From Lingula anatina (taxonomy: Eukaryota; Animalia; Brachiopoda): a stretch of 64,000 bases of DNA. The notes beneath the pieces were generated by a model, which saw nothing but the letters and a program-made list of their open reading frames with translations, had not been told where the DNA came from and did not search any database. Where the stretch lies: NCBI GenBank assembly GCA_051362555.1, contig CM120646.1, positions 7,936,001 through 8,000,000 on the forward strand, written 5' to 3'. Position 1 is the first letter of the stretch, and every line of letters begins with the position of its first letter. Of this stretch, positions 25,223-45,299 are shown one piece after another. Made by a program: the position numbers and the translations under genes.

Positions 25223-26207
25223 TCATGGTGGCCGCCTTCCCAATACAGATGTAGAGGTCAGCACTGCATGGCCTGTGGCTCCGTGGCTCTCTGGTTTAAC
25301 ACATGGGCGACAGCAGAGTTTTGGGTGGAACATGCCAAATTTTCCTGCAGGTGTTCCTCAATTTGCCATGGGCTTCCCAACCAGTCCACCACTTGCGTCA
25401 AAAAGAGAAGAATCCCCTTCTTTGTGGAATGCACCTCATGTTAGAAGAGACCTGCCCACAGCATCAGATTCTTCTAGTATGCGAGTAAAGATTGGAGACC
25501 AACAAGGTTCTTCTGGCAGTGGACAAAGCCCTGGTCAGCCTGGACAAGCCCAGGTGCAAAAGGGGAACCAGGACCCTAAAGCTGTGCCAACAAAAAAGGA
25601 GCCTCTAAAATGCAGATTCTGCAATTTCACGTGTAACAACAGGTATTCTCTGAAACGCCACGAGCGCAGACATGGAAACGAAGACGACAAGTTTACCTGT
25701 CAGTACTGTAGGAAATCGTTCAACGAGAGAACACGGCTCACTGAGCACATTAACTTTAAGCACGAGAACAAGCAAAAAGTTTGCGAGGTGTGTGGCAAGT
25801 CATTCAGTAGCATGTCTGGATACAGGGCTCATCAAAAGATCAAGCATACTGATAAAGGTACCAAAAAGTGTGAACTCTGTCAGCTATCATTTCTCGATAA
25901 TTGGCATTATGAGGGGCACATGAACAAGCATTATAAACTGAAACCCTACCAGTGCGAAGAGTGCCACAAAACTTTTTCGCACAGAATAAGTTACCAGAGA
26001 CACAGAAGATCATGTGCAAGTGAGAGGAAGTCCCACACATGTACCATCTGCCATAAGGAGTTTGCACACAAATTTAACCTTGATGAACATTACGCTGGAA
26101 AGCATGACCGTAGGCAGATATGTTGTAAAGATTGTGGGAGAATCTTCTCCTGGAAGACGTCGTACCTGAGACATGTTAGGACCATGCATCCCAGTTCAGT
26201 GCCATGA
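25223..26207 (+). CDS. Alternative terminal exon 1: seven tandem zinc fingers (six C2H2, one C2HC); spliced isoform ~665 aa
   Basis: Acceptor ttatag at 25222 enters the ORF in phase 2. Fingers CRFC, CQYC, CEVC, CELC, CEEC, CTIC, CKDC. Stop at 26207; AATAAA at 26663 and 27182. Confidence 0.88.
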
Positions 26208-27670
26208 TGATGTAAAGTCTAAGATCTAATAACTATTGAACTTAGATGGTTCATAATTTTTGAATGATTTTTAATTTTTTTATCTTTTTTTAATTATGAA
26301 AAAGACAAGAATACCATCTAAATCATGAAAAAGAAAAAAATACCAACACCTACAGCACTCTAGACTTCAAAATTCTGAAATAACTGCAAGAAGTAAAATG
26401 ATATGGAAGTACAATCCAGGGTTTTGGTCCAAAACAAAAGATGAAATGCAACATCACTTAAATCACTTACACTTAAACATACTAGTTAGTAACATACTCG
26501 TAGAATAGGATGTGGCTGATCAGAGGCCTTTTTAGGAAGGTCATAAAAGTTTCTGTTACTTACAAGGGAAGGGGTATTTTGGCATATACAAGATTACAAG
26601 AAGGGTTTATTTCCACTTCACCCAATTGTTAAATGTTCCGCCATATGTGAAGTAATAATTTGAATAAATTGTTTATGGTTGTACAGGTAAATATAATTTG
26701 CAAATTGTCTGCTATACATGGGAGAAATTTTGCTTGTTATGTTAACGTTATGCTGAACAGAAAAAAAATGTTGTAGTCAAAACCATTGATGTTTTTTTTT
26801 TATTTTTTTTAAATTTATTTATTTATTTTTTTTTTTTGCAAGAAGGAAAAGTTGAGGGTTGTTAGTCAACCTGAAAACTTTAGTAGTGCGGTGGTGTTGT
26901 TTTACAAACTTCTAAGTGTTTTTTGCAATAATGGTTTGGCTGTAATTGAATTTCACAATTTTTTTTCTAATTTGGATAGAGAAATAGGTTTTCTTGTGAG
27001 TATTTTCTGTTCTCTTTCTCTTCATTTTGTAGTTTGAGTACATTGTAACAACTTACTGGTGCATATTTATATTGTGTATAGTTCTTATGTCATTAACTAG
27101 ACGAGGTTTTTGTGGATTTAGGAGTTGCCCTTTACTGGTTTATAATTTTGTGAAAGCTTTACTTTTTGTGCATTTATTTGAAATAAACCATTATAAAGTG
27201 CAGTTACTCTTATTTGTTATTTGACATATCTAATGTGATCCAACCATGATTGCAGAGAGTTACCATCTGACTATAGTGTGTTCAAAAACCTTATCAGTTT
27301 ATTGGCCCTTCTCAACCTTTGGTTCAAAACAGAAATATTAGCCAGTAACTGAACAGAGTAACAAGATTTTACAGGCATTTGGTGTGGGGGCAAACTTGGC
27401 AGACTTAAATCTTAAAACTGGTATATAGTGAAAGTGTAATTCAGTAAATGAGACTGTAGAGCTTGATGGCTTTTTTTTTTCATCAACCATATGCACACAT
27501 CTCATAGCTAGAGGCTTCTTGTAAATGTTTCAAAAACATTTCCATTTCTAACCAGTCCTTTCGATATTAGTGTCCTCAGATTTCATTTATGTGGTCAGTA
27601 GTTGCTTGTTGATAAGATTTTAAAATGTCTAGAAGTAGTTTTATTCTAATTAAATATTGTTTTATTTTAG

Positions 27671-30527
27671 GTACATCCATCCATTTTTCAACTTTGGTAT
27701 GCCTCTTCCACCATTTGGTGCTGTCATCTTCCAACAACAGCAACAATTACAGCAGCAGCAGCAACAACAGCAGCAACAACAACATTACCAACAACTTCAG
27801 CAGCAGTTACTGTTACAGCAGAGAAAGGATAGTCCAACTCCTGACCAGCTGCGCTTTAACTGGCCGGATGACATGGAGACTTATGACCGCATAATAATAC
27901 GGGACCCCTCCAGTGAGAAACTAACATATCGATGCACCCTGTGCCCTGATTATACTTCTTCTATCAAACACCGGGCCTTCGACCACGCAGACGCTAAACA
28001 CTTTAATCTCAAGCGCCACGCATGTGATTCGTGCGATTTCCGCACCACATGTTTTGAATCTCTTCGCTACCATATGGCCAGGCGATCTAATGGTACGTGT
28101 CCAGGGATTGGTCATCCTTCCCACAAAGAATCTTCAGCTGACCAGAAGAGCGATGATTTGTCGGAAGCCAAGAACCACAAACTGAAGTTTGCCCAACCCC
28201 CAGATTTGCAGAAGTATGAGGCGGCCATGCAGACTTTCAATGCACTTGATGCTGTTGGTAAGAGAAAGACTATGCATAAGTGTCTCTACTGTGGCTTTAC
28301 TTCACAAGCTCGTAACAGAATCTTTGACCACATGGATGCCAAGCATTTCAACCAAAAGCGACATGCATGTGATAAGTGTGATTTCAGAAGCTCCAGTTTT
28401 GATTCTCTACGTGTGCATATGTTGTCACGTGATGAAAGTGGTAACTGCCCTAAATCAGGGACAGTGTCCTTAGATAATGTCAGTGATAGCAATGTTACAG
28501 TAGTCCAATCTCCACCACAGACGGCCTTGAATTTGAGCCTGGATTCCCCCAGTGTGGCACCTAATGGCAAGGGAGGATTCAAATACACTTACACCCCACC
28601 TGATAATGTTGAGAAGTATGATGCAGTAATACAGAGGGCCCAATGCTCCAGTTCGGCAGAAAGGCTCAAGGGGCGCCTGCGCTGTAAGCTTTGCGGCTTT
28701 CGCACAGGGACCAAACGCAGAATGTACGACCATGTTGATGGCAAGCACTTCGGCATGAAAAGACACCGATGTGACATGTGCAGCTTTAGAAGCTCGTGCC
28801 TTGAAAGTCTGCGAAATCATGTTCTGGCACGTGTTGATAAGAAGTGTCCTGGTGCTGAAGCTTTGAAGGATGCCAAATCTGAAAATTCCGCTGATGATAA
28901 TCCCCCAAAGGAGAATACCAATCTTGTGTCCAAACCTCCTGGTATTAAAGTTTCCTTCACTCCTCCAGAGAATCTGCAAATGTACGAGTGCATGATAAGA
29001 CGAGTGGGTGACAGCACCAATGATCGCAGTAAAATGCAGTGTGCATTATGCTCCTTCAGTACCTTAGCACGTCATCGCATGTTTGATCATCTTGATGCCA
29101 AGCACTTTAGTTTAAAGCGCCATGCCTGTGACCAGTGCGATTTCAGGTCCTCCTCCTTAGAAAGCTTAAGAAATCATGTGCAGGCACGTATGGATGGACA
29201 TTGCCCTGGCTCTGGACCCATCCATGATATGTCAATGTCTGTCCTCAATTCTAGCCCCCAACCAAGCAGCCAAGATTCTTTTAAACAAGCAAACTGTGCC
29301 AAATCTGAGTCAAACAACTCCTCTAGCAATACCCGAATCACACGTTCTGGAAAACCACCCCTTTTGAACTTTAACCCACCAGAGAACCAAGAAGAATACG
29401 AGAATGTGATGGAGAAGGTGGAAGCCATAGATCCCTTGAATAAGTACAAAAGTAAGCTCCAGTGTAAGGTGTGTGACTTTGCCACAGGGATCAAACATCG
29501 CATGTATGACCACTTAGACAGCAAGCATTTCAATAGAAAGAGACACATCTGTGACAGGTGTGAGTTCCGCACTTCAACCATCGAGAGTTTACGTAACCAC
29601 ATCTTGGGGCGCGTGGATGGTGTTTGTCCAGGTGTAGGAGGATCAGACGCCCCTGCTCAACCCCCTACCCTGATACCTCAGACAACTCCTGCTGTTGAAC
29701 CCTCAAAGTCTGGCAGAATAAGTTTTGTTCCACCTCCTGATATTGAGAGATACGAAATGATTATCAATCGTGTGGAAAGCACGGATCCAAACACGAAGCG
29801 AAAGACCCTGGTATGTAGCCTGTGTAGCTTCTCCACCATTATCAAACATCGCATGCTGGATCACATCGATGGGAAGCACTTCAATCGCAAGCGACACCTG
29901 TGCGTGCTATGTGACTTTCGCACTAACCGCCTAGAATCTCTGCGCAATCACATGGCTTCCCACTATCTGGAAGCCGACTTTGGAGACGAAGGAAACACAG
30001 AGTCGGCTTCCAAGGCACCAACAACCAGAGCCAAAAAGGGAGCTGAGTTTTCTCCATTTGAAACAAATGTGTCCAATGGTCCAGCTGTCTTTCCTTTGGT
30101 GACCACAGAGTCCCAGAGTGCAAGCAACCCCAGTATTTTCCCAGCTCCTGAGCCAATACAAGACTGGGATCTGAGTCACAGTGGGTACAGCAGTTCAGGA
30201 CAGTCACCAGATGGGGCTTCACTTGATTCCAATCAGGACGATACCAATCCTGAGGCACCCAGCTATGTTCAGTCACCAGGTGGATCTGCTGAATTCATCC
30301 AAGATAGCACCAATTCTGATGCTGCTGTTGATCTCAGTGCTGTTGAGCAGGTTCCAGTTTCTGATGAGGCAGAAAATTCTCCCACCAACACAGATTCCAC
30401 AGCCAAAGATTCCATCAGTGTTGATAGTCACAGAATTATTAATCAAAATATTGGCTCAATGAAACGGAAAATGTTTCAACCTCGCATGAATGCAGGAAAT
30501 AAGAAACTTGATCTCAAGGATGTCTGA
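27671..30527 (+). CDS. Alternative terminal exon 2: polyQ plus six repeated two-finger modules; spliced isoform ~1289 aa
   Basis: Acceptor ttttag at 27670 enters the ORF in phase 2. Module consensus FxPPxxxExY...CxxC..R.fDH.D.KHF..KRH.Cd.CdFR...esLR.H...R..g.CP. Stop at 30527; AATAAA at 31555. Confidence 0.9.
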
Positions 30528-31925
30528 CTTTTTTCAGAGTAAAAGACATTCAGTATTGTTAAAAAATAATACTACTTATTTTGTTTCTAATGATCATTGT
30601 CAGTATATTAAGAAGGCTTGCAAAACCTTTCCATTATGTTATTTTCATGTTGGGTTATTTGACTTGGGTTCATTGCAGCTTTGGCATGTTAATAACTATG
30701 GTAACTGTAACTATTTGACAATTAAAACTTTTTTCCTGATGAATCTGGTAAAAATCCATCTTTTTAAAATTCTTAGTCATGTATTAATCTTATATAAGAG
30801 CAGTTCTTGTTATCATTTCAAGGTATATCATTTATAAAAAAAATATTTGTCTCAGTAAAGTTTTTACACAATTTATGACAAACAAACTTGCATTGAATTC
30901 TTAAGTATCCAAAGAAGTGCATTTCCATGTTATGGTAGAAATGCATTTTGTCTCTAGCCAACCTAAAAGTAAGACCTTTTTATAACATTTTTATTACGTA
31001 TTTTCTTTGTTGAATGATGTTATATATAGAGCTTTTTTAAAGCAAAATATACTTATTTTATATAATCAATTGGTAGTATGTAAATGCTACTATAATAGCT
31101 TTGTAGCCAAAACAATTTTTGATAGGCACATACATTTTTATAGAGATTTCTCAAAATTGTACATTTATATAGACCTAGCCTATGTAATACTATTTGTATC
31201 TCACTTACACAGGATATTTAATCTTATTTACTCATTTTTGATCAAATAATTACCTTGCATATAATCTAAAAGGAATTTTTTTTTCATCTGTGTGTTATCA
31301 TTATTATTACTGCAAGGTAGAGATTTTTGATTGCTGTAAAAAAGGCATGTAGTACTGCATGGAATGCTTTGCCAATTTATATGCTTCACAAAAAAGAAAA
31401 TGTTACGTCCAGCAATTTTTTTAAATGAAACAAAAACCCATTATCTATGTGCTTAGACAATTTTTATACATTTCCAAATATAAAATAGTATTAAATATAT
31501 CATAATTATAGTTAGAAGCATTGTGTCAGAAACTGCTGAGATTCATTTATCTGCAATAAACTTTTGCATTTAAGATTGAATGCCTTTTTTTCTGTGTATG
31601 TCATGATATACCAAGTTTGCTGTAGAGAATTATGCTACATTTCAGTCAGAATGGGGTAGTTACCTTTGAGTGAGAAAAAGTAATTGAAGTTCACATTGAG
31701 AGCAAAGTCCTGTAATGTCACTTTTCACGGAGATGGTTGGAGAAAACCTGGGCATATGAACAGCTTGTAATAGTTACTTTAACTTTGAATTCTGCCATTT
31801 TCCCATTAACTGAAACCATTTTACCTTTTATACAATCCTAGTTTGGTTGCACAAGGTATACCTTTGAATTACTGCATACAGAAAAAAATCAACCAAAATT
31901 TTTAATTTTATGAAAGTAAAATAAA

Positions 31926-33836
31926 AACAAGGCAGCAAAGCTGTCAAATGTACAGACAAAAAACAGGAAATAATTATGCACAAAATAGGCTACTGTCAAT
32001 TCTGATGCAAAAGTACATTATGTTAAACTGCAAATTCAACATCAAATTTTAATTATGCTCAACAGGTAATACCAATGTAAGTAAAATGTGTAACAAGCAT
32101 AAGGCTTCAGGCCCATGGGAGTTCAAGTTCACACTTTGAAAATGTATAACTTCCAGAAAAAGAAGCCAATTAGACTACTTTTCCAACTCAGGCTGCATTT
32201 TAGTCCTGTATTTCTTTTTTGAAAGTTTGGCAATTATAAGTAACATGGTTTTCCCATAATGGTCATCATGGCAGCAGCACCCAAAATTGTGTTTTCTTCT
32301 ATTCTGATGCAATATTACATAATGGTTAACAGCCTAATGACCGTCAATTTTTAATAATAAAATATACGTATCATGGATTTTCAGAAAATGTGACTAGCAT
32401 GGGTCTTCAAGCCCGTGGAACTTCAAACTCACACCTTGAAAATGCCAATATGTGAAAAATTAAATTTTCACAAAAAAACTGTTTAACTGGCAGTAAGAAT
32501 TACCAAGCAGCCAAAAAGTAAAACTGCCTTCCACTTATCGTGTTTATAATGAAAGTGCACAGCGCCGGCGACAGCGACGACAGGCGTAGGTGATGGCAAT
32601 ATGTACAGACACATCTGTACATATTTACTGTACTGTTTGAGAACAGTAAGTGACATGGTTTTTCTTAAATGGTCATCATGGGAGCAATGCCCAAAATAGG
32701 TTTTTTTCAAATTTTGATGCAATATTACATAATGTTTAACAGCATAATGACCATCAATTTTTAATAATAAAATATTAGTATCATGGATATTCAGAAACTG
32801 TGACTAGCAAAGGTCTTCAGGCCCATGGAACTTCAAAGTCACAACTTGAAAATGCCAAAATGTAAACAAGACAGCACTGTTCTGAAATGTTTTATTTCCA
32901 TTTTTAACAATTTTTAACATAAAACAAAATTAACAGTTTACTGCCATTTTTATATGATCAACTAAGAAAATTGATGAGATGGGAAAAATATCAATAGAGC
33001 AGTGTTAAATGTCCAATTTCTTCCATTCTGAGATTCTGAACATAGTGAATGATTGAACCTGACAAACTGCAATGATATGAGTTTATTTCCATTTTTGAAA
33101 CTTTATTACACAATACATGATAACAAGTTTACCATCATTTTTACAAAATCAACTAACAATGTTGTAAAGATGCAGGAAATGTCAAACAAACACTTTTACG
33201 TATCTTATTAATTAAATAATGAAACTGTTAACATGTCTAAGAATTGAATCTGAGGAAATGTGAAAAAACAGCATAACTTCTAAAATAATGGCCCCATTAT
33301 GCTGATTTTCGCACTTGACCTGCGTTTTAGTAAGATTGATTACTAATGTGAGTTTCATGACAACAGGCCTATGGGTTTTCCTTGAAATGTGTTAACAATG
33401 TTGCATATATGCTAAAAAGTGAAAAAACAGCATAACTACTAAAATAGTGGCCCGATCATGCCAATTTTCGAACTTGACCTGCGTTTTAGTAAGATTGATT
33501 ACTCCTGTGAGTTTCATGACAACAGGCCTATCGGTTTTCCTTAAAATGTGTTAACAGGGTTGCATATATGCTGAAAAGTGAAAAAACAGCATAACTTCTA
33601 CAATAATGGCCCGATCATGCTGATTTTCGAACTTGACCTGTGTTTTATGAATATTCATCAGCTCTGTAAATATAAAGCCAAAAAGTAAAACTGCCCTCCA
33701 CTTATCGTGTTAACAAGGAAAGTGCACGGCGCCGGCATCGGCGACGGCATCGGCGACGCCATCGGCATCGGCGACGACGGCGACGACAGACGCAGGTGAT
33801 GGCAATATGTACAGACACATCTGTGTCTGTACATAA
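31926..33836 (-). mobile_element. Helentron-associated non-autonomous element (HINE/DINE-1/pearl-like) with internal tandem repeats
   Basis: On the minus strand: 5' TGTACAGACAC..GTGTCTGTACA hairpin (33808-33832), (GTCGCC)-like microsatellite, a ~159-bp tandem unit (33261-33640), then a matching GTCTGTACA, short stem-loop and CTTGTT end at 31926-31957. A second partial 5' end lies at 32500-32625. The structure matches described HINE-type elements. Confidence 0.7.
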
Positions 33837-34563
33837 TGACTGATAATCTTTTAAGCAATATATTAGTCAACATTTACAAATATTTGACAATCTTTAAAAT
33901 ACATAAAATCTAAATTTCAAATCACAGTAGCAACAAACTGGGTTATTTCAATTAACACAAGACTTCTATCTGGTAGAATATATAGTTCACCATACAAAGT
34001 TATACTGCCTACTAAAATGTGATAACACTGTTGCCAACAGAAGACCAGGCATGCCTGTGATATCCACTATGCTGGGCTCTTAGTTCTCAACATCTGCCAT
34101 AGTATACCTGTAATTCTGCTACAACACTCATCAGGTGTATGTAACGTCACATGCCTCAACCATTTGTGGAGTATCCATGTCATGTGCTTGTCTTAGTTCT
34201 AGACAGCACATGTACTACATACCACTTAAAATTATTTTCAGTATCTATCTCCATGCCAGAATGAACTGGTCTTTGACATGGCTATGCAACCACAAGCATG
34301 CATGCATCTCGACAAGGTTATTTTATGTTCAGATTACCTAAGCAATTATAAATATTTAACAAATTAAAAAAAATTACATATCCATATATTACACCTCCAC
34401 ATTGAGATGGTAACTTTTTTAACAAAAAGTTAATTATGCCTAAAATAAATGCACTTTTTTGAAACTGATATTTCTAATTTTGCTAATAAAAAAGATAAAG
34501 AATTTAACTGCCGTGTGGTTACATACAGAGGTTTATAAAATTTGTTGATTCCAATACAAGAAG

Positions 34564-41952
<7,389 letters not shown>

Positions 41953-42287
41953 TTTGGCCCCTCAGAAAAGGATTTTTACCTTAATTTGTCAGTTTAGCTA
42001 TTTACCACAGTCTGAAAAAAAGAAATGGCGCGGTTTATCATCAATGGGTACTTAAATGTACGTACCCATTGGTGGTAGACAAAATTATATTACGACATAT
42101 ATGTTTTGGTATTGATCTGCACAATATCTAGACATTAGCAAAAATCGAGGATTATTACAAAATAAGAGCCCTCCTTTAAGTATGTAAACTGGTTACTGTA
42201 GTATTTGTGAGCGCACAGAAGTGACACCATTCGAGAAATTTATTAACACATTGACCTTCAAGAAATGGGTCAAGGTTGGACCTTGAA
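41953..42287. promoter_or_regulatory. Compact bidirectional promoter region between KAT7 and ABHD10
   Basis: Divergent ATGs 335 bp apart; CpGs retained; small palindrome aatgggtac..gtacccatt at ~42043-42070. Confidence 0.75.
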
Positions 42288-43741
42288 ATGCAGGTCAGTT
42301 TGGTCGCTTGCAGGAGAATTCATGGACAAATCTTCAGGAAGTCACTTGTAACAAGTGAGAATTTGAGTTATGTCTCGCGTAGGAATATGGCAGGGTGTTC
42401 TGAAGCGAAAACGTTAGAAAGAAATGGAAAGAGAACGATAGCTTTCCGTAAGACAGAGGGCGGTTCTCCGGGAGTCGTCTTCTGCTCTGGTTACTGGTCG
42501 ACTATGATGGGAGAGAAAGCTACAATGTTGGAGGAATTTTGTAGGAAGAAAAAATTGGCATATGTCAGGTACTTTCTGTTCTTTTTTATATTAAATGAAT
42601 AGATTACAGTGACTGTTTGTTGCGTCGTTACAAATTTTTATTTTATTTAACTTTTCTTTTTATTTGTGGGTTGTTGTGGTGCAAAATGTTTGACATTTAT
42701 AGATGTAAAACTTACTGGAAATTATCTGAAAATTATAACACTGGCCTTCACAGTTATTACTGGCATAAAATATAGAAAGAGATGTTAGTATAATCTCCAT
42801 AAATGAATATGAAAACTATATTTCTGTTAGTTTGCTGTACTACTATACTCAGTACATATTGGTACCATGCAGTGCCAGTAACGGGTACATGTGCCATATT
42901 GATAAGTGGGTCTTTGGTATTGTGGTGGTGGTAGGGGTATTTCTGTTTCGGGTCTTTGTTTTTTCAACCCAATACATTATATTAATAGCAATAAAGTTGT
43001 GTATATATATATATATATATATATTAAGGTTTGACTACCAGTGTTGTGGGGCCTCCCCTGGTGACCCCCGTGAGGCTACCCTGAGCCACTGGAAGGAAGA
43101 TGTACTGGATGTACTGGATCTGTTAACACAGGGACCACAAGTAGGTGCCCCAGTATCAAATGAGCTTTTTTTATTTCTTCCTCTTTTTTTCAAAATAAAT
43201 AGCCTTCAGCAGTAATTTAGCATCTCTCGTGACCAGCCAGGAATGGGTTAGATAATGAATCTATAGTCACAATATAGCGGGACCAAATTGTGATTATTCC
43301 TCATCATTTCAGATTATTGTAGGTTCCAGTATGGGTGGCTGGCTGGGTCTTATAGCAGCCATGGAGAGGCCTGAGAGAGTACAGGCCTTTATTGGAATTG
43401 CAGCCTCACCAGATTTTCCTGACAGAAAATTTCAACAGATGCCAAAACAGGTAAATAAAATTATATTTGTGTTTGTCTCAGATTTAACAAGTATTTTAAG
43501 TTTATGAGTATAAAGGTGTGCATAAATTATTAAAAAATGATTGTTTTATTTAATCTTATTTTTCTTTTTATTTATTTTTCAATTCATTAATTTTTTCATA
43601 TTTTTTTATTATTTTTTAGTTGAAACATAGCTTTAAATGTTGCCACATATTTTGTCTTACATACCTTTTTCCAGTATAAGCACCAAAATTATCTGTACCA
43701 TAATACAGCAAATGAAAAAATAACATTTTTCCATGCTCTAT

Positions 43742-43793
<52 letters not shown>

Positions 43794-44151
43794 TCCTCAG
43801 GTTCAAGAGAAAATCATGACTACAGGGGAAGTGGACTACCCCTCCTCCTATGGACAGTTCATCATGACAAGAGACTTTCTTCTTGACTCTCGACAACACA
43901 ATATTCTGCATTTTCCAACTATTCCAGTCCATCGGCCAATCAGATTGTTGCATGGAGTCAAAGATGATGCCGTACCGTACATGCTTTCACTTTCTTTAAT
44001 GCAAAAATTAGAAAGTAATGACATTGATGTGATACTAAGAAAAGATGGAGATCATAGACTTTCTAGAGAGGAAGATTTGCAACTGTTGTTAAATGCAGTT
44101 GATGAAATGGTGAAAAAAGTACAAGGAGGAAGTGTGTTATCATCTTTATGA
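42288..44151 (+). CDS. ABHD10: Alpha/beta hydrolase ABHD10 (mitochondrial palmitoyl-protein thioesterase-like), 4 exons, ~293 aa
   Basis: Exons 42288-42568 (basic presequence-like start; PGVVFCSGYWSTMMGEKA), 43029-43140 (RFDYQCCG), 43313-43450 (IIVGSSMGGW nucleophile elbow), 43801-44151 (RLLHGVKDDAVP..KDGDHRLS). Ser-Asp-His triad motifs are present. Confidence 0.93.
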
Positions 44152-45114
44152 TGAATATAATTTAAATACCAATATAAATATACATTTTGTTTTAGGACTA
44201 TTTCACATAATTTTTCTAAAATATATCATTTTCCACTTTTGCCTTATCTATTACAGTAAAATTTTTATGCAGGAAGGAAAGGGTGAGTTACAGTTGTCTT
44301 AAAATCCTATTTATAAGTTCTGGAAGTTTTCTGGAGGTGAAAATTTTATTTGGAAAAAAACTGTAAAATGTCAATAATCATAAGACATTTAAGCCGTTAT
44401 CATCAGGTGGAGTGCTCTTCCTCAGTGAACCTTGTTAACGTATTTCACACTTTGCAATAAAAAATACTCATAAATGACTTGGGAGTACATTACATCCGTA
44501 ATAGTTTCATTATGAGGGTATTATTATTATTTCAAGTCAGTATTTTGTATTTAGCCAGGATATGGATAAATGTTGCGGACATTTTTTCATGTGTGATAAG
44601 AAAATTTAAAAATAAATATGTGCCGTAAATAATTCCACATGATTTCATTCCCTGGAGTTTGCTGTCATGTTGTGTGATAAAAAAAGTAATCACCTTGATC
44701 GCCTTCATCATCTCTTAATTATGTAAATACGTAAATCATTATTCTTTTTAATAAGTAATTTTTACTATACTGATTAAAAAGTAATTTAATTGTCAAGATA
44801 TTTCAAGTAGCCAAAAGATAAAATATGGTTGGGTGAGGGAAAGGTACACGCCGAGAAAAATGACGATTAGAATAATGATGATGTTGTGTAAAAGAATTAA
44901 TAAATAGAATCTCTTTTTTAAACGAGGTCTTGGTTTTGTCGGAAGTGACGATTTAAAATCGCAGTGATTAGTATAGGCAACTAAAAATAGCTGGTTACTT
45001 CCAACGAGCGTGGTAGTTTACAAAGGTATATCGTCACCCCCTCTGCCTATGGAATGCAAGCTGATCTTTGACAGGTCGTTACCTCTATTCAGAACAACCA
45101 GGACAATGTCGCAG

Positions 45115-45282
45115 CAGGGGCGGATCCAGACCTATTTACTGACAGCCTTCCAAATTATCTTTGTTGATTCATTCTCCAATTTTGACCGTCTTCCAACATG
45201 AAAAATTGGATACCCGTCAATGTAAACTTGGAAATCTGACCGTCTTCCGGAAGACCCAGAAGACGGCCTAAATCCGCCCCTG
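45115..45282. mobile_element. 168-bp MITE with CAGGGGCGGAT TIRs and a 6-bp TSD (TCGCAG); hAT-like termini
   Basis: TIR 45115-45125 and 45272-45282; TCGCAG at 45109-45114 and 45283-45288. The paralogous site at ~53008 is empty. Confidence 0.9.
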
Positions 45283-45299
45283 TCGCAGTAAAAATGGAT

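Noticed and set aside
25179-27670. ORF-track starts at 25179 and 27657 as true start codons
   Set aside because: Both lie just upstream of clear splice acceptors (27657 is TTG); they are better explained as spliced terminal exons.
27921-30462. Many overlapping short ORFs within the large finger exon
   Set aside because: Shadow frames of a GC-richer coding exon; no domain signal.
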